Source: Bugula neritina (taxonomy: Eukaryota; Animalia; Bryozoa). Taken from it: a stretch of 64,000 bases of DNA. Position numbers and translations under genes: made by a program. Below, in pieces: positions 29,601 to 41,888 of the stretch; position 1 is the first letter of the stretch, and each line of letters starts with the position of its first letter. The notes below the pieces were generated by a model. That model saw only the letters and a program-made list of their open reading frames with translations, ran no database searches and was not told where the DNA came from. The stretch spans positions 9,580,741 through 9,644,740 of the forward strand of contig OZ037768.1 in the NCBI GenBank assembly GCA_964035545.1, written 5' to 3'.

Positions 29601-32600
29601 TAATTGTGGTGATTAGAGAATGATGAGGTTTCTACCTGTAATTGACTTTTGATTTTGGAAACTACTTGTAACTGTGGAGCATTTGATGTTGAACAAATTT
29701 GTCCTATAAATTCTATTTGTTCTAGTGTGCATGTTTCATATTACTGTTTATACTTACATATATATGTTTATACATAATATGTATGTATGCATACATATAA
29801 ACAATATATATATATATAATTTATATATAATATAAACAATATATAATGTAATGTATAAATGTGTGTGCGTATGTGTGTGCGTATGTGTGTGCGTATGTGT
29901 GTGCGTATGTGTGTGCGTATGTGTGTGCGTATGTGTGTGCGTATGTGTGTGCGTATGTGTGTGCGTATGTGTGTGCGTATGTGTGTGCGTATGTGTGTGC
30001 GTATGTGTGTGCGTATGTGTGTGCGTATGTGTGTGCGTATGTGTGTGCGTATGTGTGTGCGTATGTGTGTGCGTATGTGTGTGCGTATGTGTGTGCGTAT
30101 GTGTGTGCGTATGTGTGTGCGTATGTGTGTGCGTATGTGTGTGCGTATGTGTGTGCGTATGTGTGTGCGTATGTGTGTGCGTATGTGTGTGCGTATGTGT
30201 GTGCGTATGTGTGTTGGGACTTTACATAAACTGGGAAAGCTTTTCCTTGATGCACTATAGCTTTTCATGTATCATCACAGCTATGCCAGTCGTATTATGC
30301 TTTTTCCACACTCGTTATGGCTACTCACAATAGCTAATCTTTTCGACTGGTATAAAAACCCAGCATTTTCACATTGCTACTTTCTTTCAGTCTGCGACAA
30401 TAAAAAGTTCTACATATTAAAACACAACTGTGTGTGTGTATAACTTATTTATAAATTTCAATAAATAGATACGTAGTAGGTAGCATTCACTGTATGTTTA
30501 CACTTACACAGGGCCTTGTGAATGAGTTTGTACAGACGTATACAATCAAAGTTTTGAAGAATCAGAATGAAAAGAATATTGGAATAATGAATGTGTTATT
30601 TTGGGTGAGTTTAACATTATACAGCAAATACAATTTTTTTAGGAAATGATGGCAATACCATGCAACAGCTACAGCTTTATTGATGAAGAGCGCATATGAA
30701 GTTGAAATTTTTTTTTTCAAACTTTATTCAACAATTTTTTATAAACATATTAAGTTTTTCGTGAAGCTGAATTTATTAAATTCTGACTTTTGCTGAAGAC
30801 AGTCAACAGAACATAGAGTTTACCTATATAACCTAAAACAGCTGCGTTGCAAGGCTGTAGTCCTTAGGAATACTAATACTTAGGTGGCCATGTGTTTCTA
30901 ATTTTCAGGGTCTGTACTCATTGGGTCGAATGTTGTCCGTCTGTCTGGCACTGAAGTTCACTCCATACTTTATGCTCCTTCTAAACATTGTAAGTATTAT
31001 AAGACTACAAATATATAAACACATGCACTATTAGCAGCAATGATCGAACAATTTATCAGCAATGCTCAGTGATTGCTTATTTATTATGGTCACCTCTAGA
31101 TGAAATATTCACTGTAAGTAAATTTGTAAATAGAAGTATTTACAAAGATTTTAGCAAAGTTCCATATCTCATACTTTCTTCTAACATTATATTTTGTTTG
31201 TTTTGTAGTTTGGATGTCAAATAGCTGCCATCCTATTTGTAATAAGTTCAAACGGCGCAAGCTTCATCGCAATTATTTTTGCAACAGTAATTCTCGGCTT
31301 GTTCATGAGTAGCATAACTCCCACAACCATTGCAATGACTGAGACATTCATGGATACTACCAGTAGGTTGCAGTGAGAATATAATAATTGTTCTACATAA
31401 ATATATTCTAGAGATGCTAGTAAGCAGCACCGTTCAGCTTTTTGGAAATTGCTCCTGTGTTAGCTTGTAACTTCAAACTATTTACTAAATGATATTTTGA
31501 ATGGGTTTAAATACCCAATTTATATTTAAAAGAAAAACATTGAAAACATAAGTTTACTGTTTGCAGATGTCCAGATGTCTTTGATCCTCGGTGGAGCTGC
31601 TCTAGGAGAAGTTGTCATCCCTGTGCTGGAAGGACAGGTGAGTTTATTTGAAATTACTAGACAGTGTATGCAGTGTGCTGTATAGCCATTGTGTATTGAG
31701 TGATGTTCTTCAAAACAAAGCCTTGCACTCACATTTCATCATCTTGGAACAGCTGATACAACATTTTGTTATGAACAAATCATAAACTGCTATATAAATC
31801 ACTGTGAAGCAGTGCTAATGTACTTATACTTATTAAGACTTTTGTTAATAGCTTTTTATACAATATTTTTAAACACTTAGGTTGTGAATCTTAACAAAAG
31901 CAACTCTATTTCTCACAATGTTGATTCTAAATAGATCCTTTAATATCAATTGTCATACTTGCCTGATGTTTGCCAGAATACCCTTAAATTACAATACTAA
32001 TTTGACAATCATTTGACTAGAATTATAAAATATTTAATGACTTGTTATAAATTGTTGTAGTTTATAGATCAACAGCCTCAATCTTTCGTCATGGTGTTAC
32101 TGATATGTATTATCTTCTCCTGGGTTGTTTACGCTGCATTTTGGGTAATTGGAAGAGCCACTGAAAAATTTAAAGGTTCGCTTTACATGCTGTAGTTGCT
32201 TATCATTTTAGTGCTAATACTTTTGACCTTGCTTATATAAACTAATAAATATTAGAATACTGATTAGAATTGATTACTTGTAATGTTATTAGTAGTCTAT
32301 CAAGCTAATCATTTGCTGTCTTAGTAGTTGTCTACCCTTTTGTAATAAGATCATATACCACCAATCAGAAAAGAACGCAATTCCAAATTTTTTCTAATTT
32401 TATTGTTTATTTGATGAAAATTGAAATTTTTACAATGGGTGTCCGTGCAGATATAGTTATTATGCAAAAACAATTAAGCTTTTGCAATTGAATGATATTT
32501 AAATTAGATATTAAAAGTAAATATAATAAGTTTGTTTTTGAATAATTGTAATGTCAGCCGTTAATTATTTAGCTGATTGTTGACAACTAGAAAGCAACAT

Positions 32601-34496
32601 ATTTTATGCCAGTTACTGCAAAATAGTTCATTGCAAAATAATTATAGTTTGTAAATTTAGTATAACAGATATGACATAACATATTGCATAATCACATGCT
32701 ATCATCAAACATCTAGTGTAAACAAGTTAATTTGTTATTTGATAAGGTATTTGATGAAGTCACAAATCAGATCTAAGTGTCTAAGAACTAACAAAGTATG
32801 CTTATTCTATATTCTATAGTAACAACTAGTGTTACTATAATCTTGCCAGTAATGTAAGCTGACATTGCTGCCTAAAAACTAGTATTTGCTCTGTTTAGTT
32901 GTTGCTTTTTACTAAAGAACAGAAGTATAAAACAATACTTAGGCCTTAACAAATGTAAAAAGGTAATTGACAATCCAATAGTTGGTCTATAAATCATTTA
33001 ATATTTTATTCAAACCGCTAATAAACTATTTATCTATGTTTTAGGCTTTCCCAGTTAGTATCATTGGTGTAATTCCTTGCTATATTTGTCAATTGTTAGC
33101 TTCTGGGTCCTGCATAAATTTTACTCAAAATTATTATTTTCAGTTGCACCGCGCTTAGCATTTTTTATTATTTATCACCCATTTTTTTCACTTTTTTTTT
33201 AAAGGAAATATATTTTAATATGAGCCTTGTGTGTTCGTGTACATTTAGACCTACAATAGCGTTTAAACGATGCACTCATGCCAAAAGAGAATTTTAGTAA
33301 ATTAATTTTATGAACTTTATGAAGCCCTCAGCAGGCAATTGGCCACAACATTGCAAAATATGTATATTATTATAAAAAATGTTCAAGCCTAATATTAATT
33401 TTTTACATCACTAAGCTTTGATTTACTTTTAAAATATATGGGCAATAAAATTAGCACCTGCTGTACTACACTTTCCTGTACCCAGGGCTCCTTAGAGGAA
33501 TGATGTTGACCTTGGTCAAACCATTGCACAATATTTTGTCTGACTCACTTCTGTCCGGTGTTCTTAATTTCATAAGATCCCAGTAATAAGCAATAAACCA
33601 AATCAATGCTTACAATTCTACTAATACTATGGGTGTCTGTGCATTTTCAGTTTAAATCTTCAAGCAGCTTTTTAGCACTTTTAAAATAAAAATGAAATGA
33701 AAATAACATTCAAGTAGAACCTTTTTTTCTAGTATTTCACATAAAAGCTAAACTATGTTGTGGATGACTGCTTATAAGTTGTATCAATATAATTCAGATG
33801 TAAGCCTTTTTGCCAGCAACTCAACAGCTTTTAGCATGTTATAAGTTTTTTATGTTTATGATATTAACCTATGAATGAAGTTTTTTTGGAGATATTCCAA
33901 TGTTATAATGTCTCTATCGTGCTTTTCAGCTATGGGTTCATCTAGCTTTATATGGTTTAACCCTAACAAGACGGAAGATGTAAGCTCAACAGATGAAAAT
34001 GGCATAATACTGGACACTCATGAATTCAGCAGCAAAAGTTTTCACATCAGGTATAGCATCATGTGAAGATTTAATAACCAGGCACAAATGGTTTATTTCT
34101 CTTTGTGACTCGATCTCTCAGCAACTCTATTGCCTCAGATAAGCTTTAAATCGAGCATTTATCAATGCTTAAGAAATTTTTGTCAGATTTTCTTTGATGC
34201 ACTTTCACAAAACTGCGAAAATATTCATATAACCGTTAAATGCATTTTTATTGCAAAACGCAATCAATATTCCAAAACTTTTCACTTTCAGGTAATCAAT
34301 AGTTCTAAAAACTTGAAATTACTGATTTTTTTCAAATTTGAGTACAGTTATATCAGAAGACCCCTTAATGCATAACCAACTTTTTAGAAGTTATAACAGT
34401 ACAGACCACAGCAGCAGTGAAACAAGCAGTGAGAGTGGAGACAGTATTGACAACAGGTCTACTGACAGCAGGAAGTCAGTACATGAACTAAGTTAG
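23603..34496 (+). CDS. MFSD4: Major facilitator superfamily transporter, MFSD4-like, 12 coding exons, about 612 aa
   Basis: Exons 23603-23979, 27270-27465, 27978-28220, 28652-28781, 29255-29403, 30512-30604, 30909-30989, 31209-31362, 31567-31637, 32061-32175, 33930-34050 and 34388-34496; phases are compatible (1839 nt). Motifs FGMCVGFLGPTMEDLAC, ISWAFF, MGAIDCLANLQLVQIY, FLQALHFFYGIGALISPLIAEPFL and LFWGLYSLGR match recalled MFSD4A, with many hydrophobic segments. An acceptor at 23596 implies upstream non-coding exon(s). The last exon is less certain; without the 34051 donor the frame stops at 34066. Confidence 0.85.
29859..30214. repeat. Perfect 12-bp tandem repeat (ATGTGTGTGCGT), about 30 copies, in an MFSD4 intron
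   Basis: Directly visible; it is the source of the five repetitive ORFs at 29768-30333. Confidence 0.97.
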
Positions 34497-35637
34497 CTGT
34501 ATTGTGACAACCAACTGGAATGGATACTTCAAGTAGTAGACTTTCTGTGGGGGAATCGCAAAGTCTTTACTGTAAGCTAGTCATTTAGGTGCAGTAATGG
34601 AGAAATCTCTATAGCCCAATATTTTTTTTCTTTAATGATTTTTAATTTAATGATTGCTAGTTTGACTTTGAAATTATCCATTTATCTAAAATATGGCAGT
34701 TCCCTAATTTTTCCCTTACTGCACCTACCCCATGCTAGTGGCTATTGGAGACCGAAGTCAATAATTATGTTATTTTTAAATTTTTATTTTTGTTGGATTG
34801 ATTATAATTGTTTTGTCAATAGTTGTGGTAATGACTTGTCTAACATCTAATGTTCAGAACCCCTCATGGTGAATTTTATAAAGTATTTTTAAAATGTGAA
34901 CCTTTAAGTATAATTTTACATACTGATTTATAATAACAACCTTGAGTTCTATTCACACCACATCACAAGCATAGAGTACAGTGTTGCCCATGTATATTTT
35001 GAGATATAATATAATTCAAGCAAAACATGTACAAGATACAGAGCACCATACAAAGTGTACTTTGCTGCTATACATCCGAAGCATTTATCAATATATAGTA
35101 ATATACTATACCTGGATAACATACATGTACATGATCAACGTAACAATAATTTTGTAAAATACAAATTTACAATTACAAGAAGGATATAATATCAGTAACA
35201 TGATATAAAAATAGTATCTAATTCACTATAACAAATAAGTATACAAAATAGAATAAAAATCCTAGTGAAACTAGTAAAAATAATGGTAATCGTTAATATA
35301 CAGTACAATATATTGGCTGACACAGTCCTGAGATTTATATCAGAATGAAGAAATGGTTAAACCATAATTATAACTAAATAAAGACTTTGAAGATTTAATT
35401 ACTATTTGCTGTAGATACACATACTATACAATTATAATACATTTCAACAGAAATGTATAAAATGACAGCAAGAAAAATTATTTTCATGAAGCAAAATAGA
35501 TATTACTAAAACAGTACATTTGAGTGATTGCAATTTATTAGGTTTCAAAATGTATGAAATGCTGTCTTGAAAGCCAGTATAATACATTATTATATTATAC
35601 AATGGCACATATTACTAATGTATTTAAGAAAATATTT

Positions 35638-38600
35638 CTAAGATACCTTTTTATCTACACTAGATGTTGAATTTGGTGCTGGGGCATTAGTAAACACACT
35701 ATCATGGAAAGAACTAAATGAAGCTAGAGAAGGAGAAACAGCGAATGCGGGGAACTGAAACGCTGGTCCGGCATGTAGACCACCAAACCTAGGTGAGAGT
35801 GTGGATACGGGGCTGAGGGTTCCCGGCCCCCAGAAGTGTATTCCAGGCAAGAGAGGGGTCCTCTGGCCAAACATAGGACTAGTGAGGAACATGGGGGTGT
35901 TGAGGCTGGGCAGCAAACCCCTACTTAGTGGATTCAATGGTGAGGTCACTGGGTGATTCACCACCACATCATTGTTTATACTGATAGGATCTGGTTTCAA
36001 CTTGGATTGTTTCGATAACCTACGAGCCTCTATACTGCCGCCAGCTTCTGTTGTGCTGTTTTGTTTGGTATTTTGAAATTCGGGTATTTCAAGTTTCACC
36101 TTGACTTCACATTCTTTAGTGTTGACGGGTGTTGCCGGTTTAGGTGGGGGTGTGGGAGTTCCTGAACCAGGGAGATCAAATACTGGAGTAGGCGAAGGTG
36201 ACCCAGCAGGGGTGCAGACACTGACTGCAGGGGTTACTGGGGGTGAAGGTCGCTGCTGCAGCATACTGTCAACTGATGAAGTCAATACTGCATTCGCAGC
36301 TGGAGATATACTTCTGACAGGGTTGGCTATGGCTGGTGAAACAGTACTCAGTGTAGCCGTGGAGCTCTGTGGTGGTTGAGCAGCAACAGAAGGCACTGGT
36401 GAGATTACATTAGGAGTCGGTGAACGAGTCAAGTTGTTCTGATTATCTTGTACCGTAGAGCCAGAGGGAGAAAACTGTAATGGCAATAATATTATTGTTT
36501 AATTTGTCAACAAATAGAAAAGATATTCAACAACCCTACTAGGATGTTAATATCTCTTTGCTGCCCTCAAGAGTAGACAAATAGTCCTAAAGGTATATCA
36601 TATTATGAGTACTAGTTTGAAATACATCAAGTATTAATACAAAACCTTCCATAGAGTGTTAAACAGGAAGTGACATCGGCAATGATAAAAGAGCCGCTAC
36701 CACATGAATCGGAAAAACAGTGGCTAATATAATACAAATAAATCAAGAAACTGTCTCTTGGACTTCCTAAATGAGGAAATCTTTAGCACATTGAGAAACT
36801 CATACCCTATAATATGTGCAACAGCCTACTTAATGTAACTAGTGTCTACTAACCGAAGCTTGAGCCTGCGAGTTGTCACTGTGGTAGACTGCCTGGCGGT
36901 CTTGAGGTACCGTGGCATGAAACTTCTGCTGCTCCGCCATGGCCTGTGCCACAACTGCTTGCTCATAGAGCATGCGATCTCGCTGCTGTGCAAATGCCAG
37001 CTGAGCTTGAGGGATAATGGCGGATTTCACGTCATACGGCCGCAATGTTTGGAAGCTGCTAACGGCAGACGACACTGTGGTGCTGGGGGCTGGCTTAGAC
37101 TCATTCACTATACTTTCCATTTTCTTCTGAAAAGTAATTCTGTTCTCCGTTTTGACCATTTCTGGGAACGACACGAATTTATAGACAAACTTCTGCCCCA
37201 TAACTTTTTTAATAATGTTTTTGTCATAGTAGTAGCGGAGTGCGCGACTCAGCTTGTCATAGTTCATATTATTTTTATTCTTCTTTAGTCCCCACAACTT
37301 GGCTACTTGCTCAGCGTCCAGCAGCTTAAATTCACCATCATTGTTGGTCCATCGGATAATATTTGAATATTGTTGCTTCAGAAGGAGATCTAATAGGAAC
37401 TGCCAAAGAGTGACATTTGCATCTGCAGTGCCATTTGCTACAATAAAAATTATAGCTCTTAAAAAAATACCACTTTAAATGGTAGTTTAACTTTTTCAGT
37501 CAGAATATTGGTGTCTAACTCTAAGGAAATTGGAATGAGAGATTGTCACCTGCTAGGTTACCACAGTTATTAATTAATACTTTTTGTTCAATGTCTTGAA
37601 CAAGGAGTGGTTGGTCTTTGTATTGGAAATACTACACTAGGTATGCACTTGCGAATGCATGCAAATTATTTCCTATATAACATTATAATGCAAATTCGGA
37701 TGGCAAGTCATTAAAGGAAATTCCTCAATACTTAATAAATAGAAAACCCGCAACGTGCAACTAGTAGAATGTAGAACTACTAGCCTACTAACAGTTTTAC
37801 AAATGCATTGTCATAATTGATCTGTCAACTAACATCAAGATAATGACTCAGAAGGAAGCGATTTTTGGCAGGTAATCAAACTGATATTCAACGAAGCAAA
37901 TCCAAATCAGCTACCATACACGATCAAAACGTGATAGAAGACTCAAAGCTGGAAGGTAAATTGCATTGAACTGAGAGTGATATTGATCTTTTGACACACA
38001 AAGCGACACTCAGCTGGCCTTACAACCATCATCTATACCAGTGGGCTACTGTTTACACTTCACACCAACGGGATAGAGAGTTAATATAGTTTACGCATTT
38101 GATTGATTTAACTTTCTATAAGGTACTTAAATAACAAACTTTTCACTAAAAATATGTTCAAATCTTACCCATTCTGATCAATTCAAATCATACCACTAGT
38201 TTAAAGAAATGACTTGTATTTTATAACATCATCACAAACACCAGCACCACAGCAAAGGAACATGCAGACTACACATCCCCTCAGAATGCAGACCTGACCA
38301 CCATCTCCACTTGCCAAATAAAATAAGGAGAGCAAGTAGCAGACAGGACATCATAGAGCATCGTACGGAGCAACAAACAGTTACATCATGACATCACACC
38401 CGCTTGTGAGAGAGGAGATTGGTTACAACATAACTTGATTCAAACTCAACAGACATTACGAACCAAAACTTAGAAACTTGTTGAAGCAGAAAACTACATT
38501 ATACAGTCTCATGGTGTAAGCAAGTGCTGACTGCACAAGCACACTCATCCGTGAAAGTATTTGCTGTCATATGTATTACAGCACAAGTAGGGGATAGCAC

Positions 38601-41600
38601 AGTTGTACTTTCTCAACATGCTAAGTGGTAATATAACACATAGAAATAGCCTAGATTTACTGTTGCAGTACTATGTGGTTACTCATTGATTTGAGCATAA
38701 AAATGGGAAAAAATTGTACTTCTAACATTGTGTATTACCTGATCTGAGCTAGAACTTGGTGTGATAGTCATCATATTGGCATCCTTTACAAATGAGTTGT
38801 TGGTAATGCTATTTCTATTTACACCACTTTTTAAAGTGCAGTAGGACATTAGGTTTTACGAGGTATATGCCACAAAAATGTGTAATTTTCCACAAGTGTC
38901 TGTATCAGTCCAGAGCTGTCAAACTTTTACAGACTGCTTTGCATTCCAATAATAGAAAATTCAGCATGCGTCTTTCTCTATCAATTGTACAGTTCTGTAC
39001 TAACTGTCCTAGGACTTGTTTACAGGTTTTTTTTACAAGCACGACTTCAGCAATTTTATTTACAAAAGATCACACTGCAAGCTAAAATTGACTTGTTCCA
39101 TTTAGACATTTTTAATTTAAACAAAGTAGATCTATTGAGTGAAATTAAAATAAAACATCTGTTAGCTGGTGGTCTACTAGCAGAACGGCCTACAATAACG
39201 TATATAGGTGAGTGGTGCTGGGTGGTAGTAGAGTAAATGACTAACACACACACCAGCTTGGCATGGAATGTGGACATGCAGGTATTATTTATGTGAACTC
39301 TGGGTAAATTGGAACAGGACACGTATGCTACTCAGCTGGCTTTATGATTCAAAATATATCAGCCACACTTCAATAAATAATTATAGAGGTAGCCTCTTAA
39401 TTTAAGAATATAGATAGGGTATAACTGATGAGTTGGAAGTGTAACTTGATTTGTGTGTTGAAATTATCAGTCAAAACAGTATGCTGAGATTGTATGCAGT
39501 TTGCCGGCATTTGGAAAATTCGACGGCTAGAAAACAGTTCAAAGTGAAAACAAGTGGTGAAGTCCTGAACTCTAGTTGCAATGTTATTCATCTATTATAA
39601 AAATCACTCAATAGGTTGCAACAGATGTTCTATTACAAGATACGATTTTAATTTTTAGTTGCCAATTGATCTAGGTCCTTCCTATCTGCCAGTCAATACA
39701 CCTCAGAGACTTACTCTCTACTATCCACTGCATCAAGTCGGAAATCTGTGCACAAAGATGACAGTAAGAATTTATTGAGCCAGACTTTTTACTAAAGAAT
39801 ACTATAACAATACTATCAGCAGGAATCAGCCCTGAGTATTGGACTATCAGATCGGCCAACTAATGCAACAATTAAATTTGTATTAAAACAAAGCCACAAC
39901 TCTGCAAGTGCCAACAGAGCTGGTAGAGCAGGTGAAGGATGAATAGTAATTATTAGTATGCCCAGCACACCTTTGCCTAATGAGATATTTTTACTGCTCT
40001 ACGCAATGGAGTGAAATTTTAAAGCTAAATTCATGTATTTGGCACAAAATAACGTTTCAACATTTCCCAAAACCCTCTGCCAGTTGTTGTTTAGATGCTA
40101 CTCCACCCATGAACTTGATAGTAATTTGCATTCTACATGTAACACCCCCACCTGTGGATATGTACCCAACAAAATAGGACAGTAAGCCACTGGAAAGCAC
40201 AGTAATACTAAACAATGTAACACTGAACATAAAATAGACCAGACGAGTTTTTATAAGGAAGCATCTTGATGTCTTGTTACATAAAGATTAGTGTTGAGAA
40301 ATAATTCATTTACCCAGCTAACAGTGCTGTGATGTCTAACAAAACCTGAGTAAATTGTATCTCGTGCTGAAGTGATGGTTAACAAGCAAATGCAGTCACT
40401 TCACAAAGATAATATAATCAAGGCTGACTACATAACATATTGGGATGAACCAGAGGTGCATACTGAAACACAGCAACCACCAACAACAGGCAAGGAGTTT
40501 CAGCTATTCAGAGTAACAAACGAGCCATTTTACTTCACGAGGAAGGAGTTGCACACTCAGCAATAAATAACTATGGCAAGCATTGTGATGCGACTAAAAT
40601 TTGTAACTAACATTTTCAAAGCAGTGGGAGTCAATTTGTGTACACGGAATAAACCCTATAGGAGCTATGCAACCCAGTCACAAGTCTATTTATGTAATTG
40701 AGGTCAAAGTTAATTTTACTTTATTCTGTGTAAATCAAAGGCAGGTTGGAACTTACAAAAATAAAACAGGACATCCTTAAAACTTTTCAATCAAAGCTGA
40801 TCTATTACTTCAGCTTCCATTTGAAATTTACATCAAATAATTATTTTAAAAGGAAAAGTTCCCAATGTAAACTAGACACATTTAAAAACATAGCATCGAT
40901 GAAGTTCTCAACTCTCCATATAAGAAATACATTTGCAGTCTACCCAACACATAGACTTGCGTTATGATAGCATGTTTCAACACAAGAGAAAAAACTGATA
41001 GAACTTAACCCTTGGCTACGACAACCCTGTAATAGACTAAAATCAGTGTAAACTGGTAACAAGAAAAAGCAGCAACTAGTCATGACACTGATATAGCTAC
41101 ACCGCTAAGGGTATAAGAACCCTGAAATTTTTCTCCATAAAATAGTTGCATATCAGCTACATCCAACTGTGATCAACACTGAGTATATCAATCAGGTCGA
41201 TAAAAGCTAATAGATACTAAGCACAGTTCATGAAAGAGCAAATCAAAACCATATCCAGTACTAACATAGTCTATTTTGACATTATGGTATGCAAAACATA
41301 AAAGCCATCAACACATGCTACAAGTAGCAAAGACGGCATAATTTTCAATTTTAAGGAATGATTCCACAGTTTTTTCTGGACCTCAACTGCCTTATAATAA
41401 ATAACTAGCAATAGTCTAAATTACTACTAGGGAGCAGCCTTGGTCTAGGGGTTAGAGCGTTTGCCTAGTAAGTACGAAGTTATGGGTTCAAACCCTGACA
41501 AAGGCTATTGGTGATGTTAGGGAGAGCATCCAGTCATAAGTGCTCCTGTGCTGCATCTGAATAAGTCCTTAACCCGATTTAACAAAAAAAAAAACCTTCC

Positions 41601-41888
41601 ATCAGGGGTTTTCTCACAGGAATGGTGACTATAAACTTTCATGATGATAAAATACTACTAAAATAGCAGCCAGCCTTGTTTGCTACGTTGTAAGAGGAAC
41701 AGACAAGAGTAAGACCACGAGAATGGCAGACAGAACTTACATTGAGTTCTAGGTGCTGCCGTAGAAGGTGGAGGCGTAGGTGCTGGAGCAGATACGTTGG
41801 CCCTTTTAGCAGGGGGCTCACCGTAACCATTGGAATGATCGAACTCATTTCTTTCCACTTTTATCGGACAGGCAGGTACACTATCCAT
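35638..41888 (-). CDS. ELK: ETS-domain transcription factor, Elk/TCF subfamily (ELK1/3/4, lin-1-like), long isoform about 522 aa
   Basis: Exons 41888-41741, 37437-36854 and 36474-35638 join in frame. ETS domain [12 protein letters not shown]...[64 protein letters not shown]; D-domain-like [12 protein letters not shown]; C-domain [17 protein letters not shown]; ERK-docking FQFP motif. Confidence 0.92.
38169..38172 (-). CDS. Candidate alternative first coding exon of the Elk gene (ATG-G only), giving a short isoform of about 474 aa
   Basis: The minus strand reads ...TCAGAATGG|GTAAGA, a consensus phase-1 donor. It matches the phase-1 acceptor at 37437 and gives [17 protein letters not shown]. 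Confidence 0.55.
41431..41637 (+). mobile_element. tRNA-derived SINE in the Elk intron, antisense to the gene
   Basis: A-box-like TGGTCTAGGGG and B box GGTTCAAACC, followed by the body TATTGGTGATGTTAGGGAGAGCATCCAG... shared with the copy at 14066-14255. No acceptor stem can be closed. Confidence 0.8.

Noticed and set aside
29768-30333. Five long ORFs with RTHI, HTYA, CV, MCVR and AYVC repeats
   Set aside because: They are translations of the 12-bp tandem repeat, which has no stop codon in any frame, and lie inside an MFSD4 intron.
36101-37288. Plus-strand ORFs of 92 and 148 aa overlapping Elk exons
   Set aside because: Antisense shadows of GC-richer coding exons, with non-ATG starts and no recognisable domain.
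41431-41505. Possible tRNA gene
   Set aside because: A and B boxes are present, but the acceptor and anticodon stems do not pair and the sequence continues into a body shared with a second copy, so it is called a SINE.
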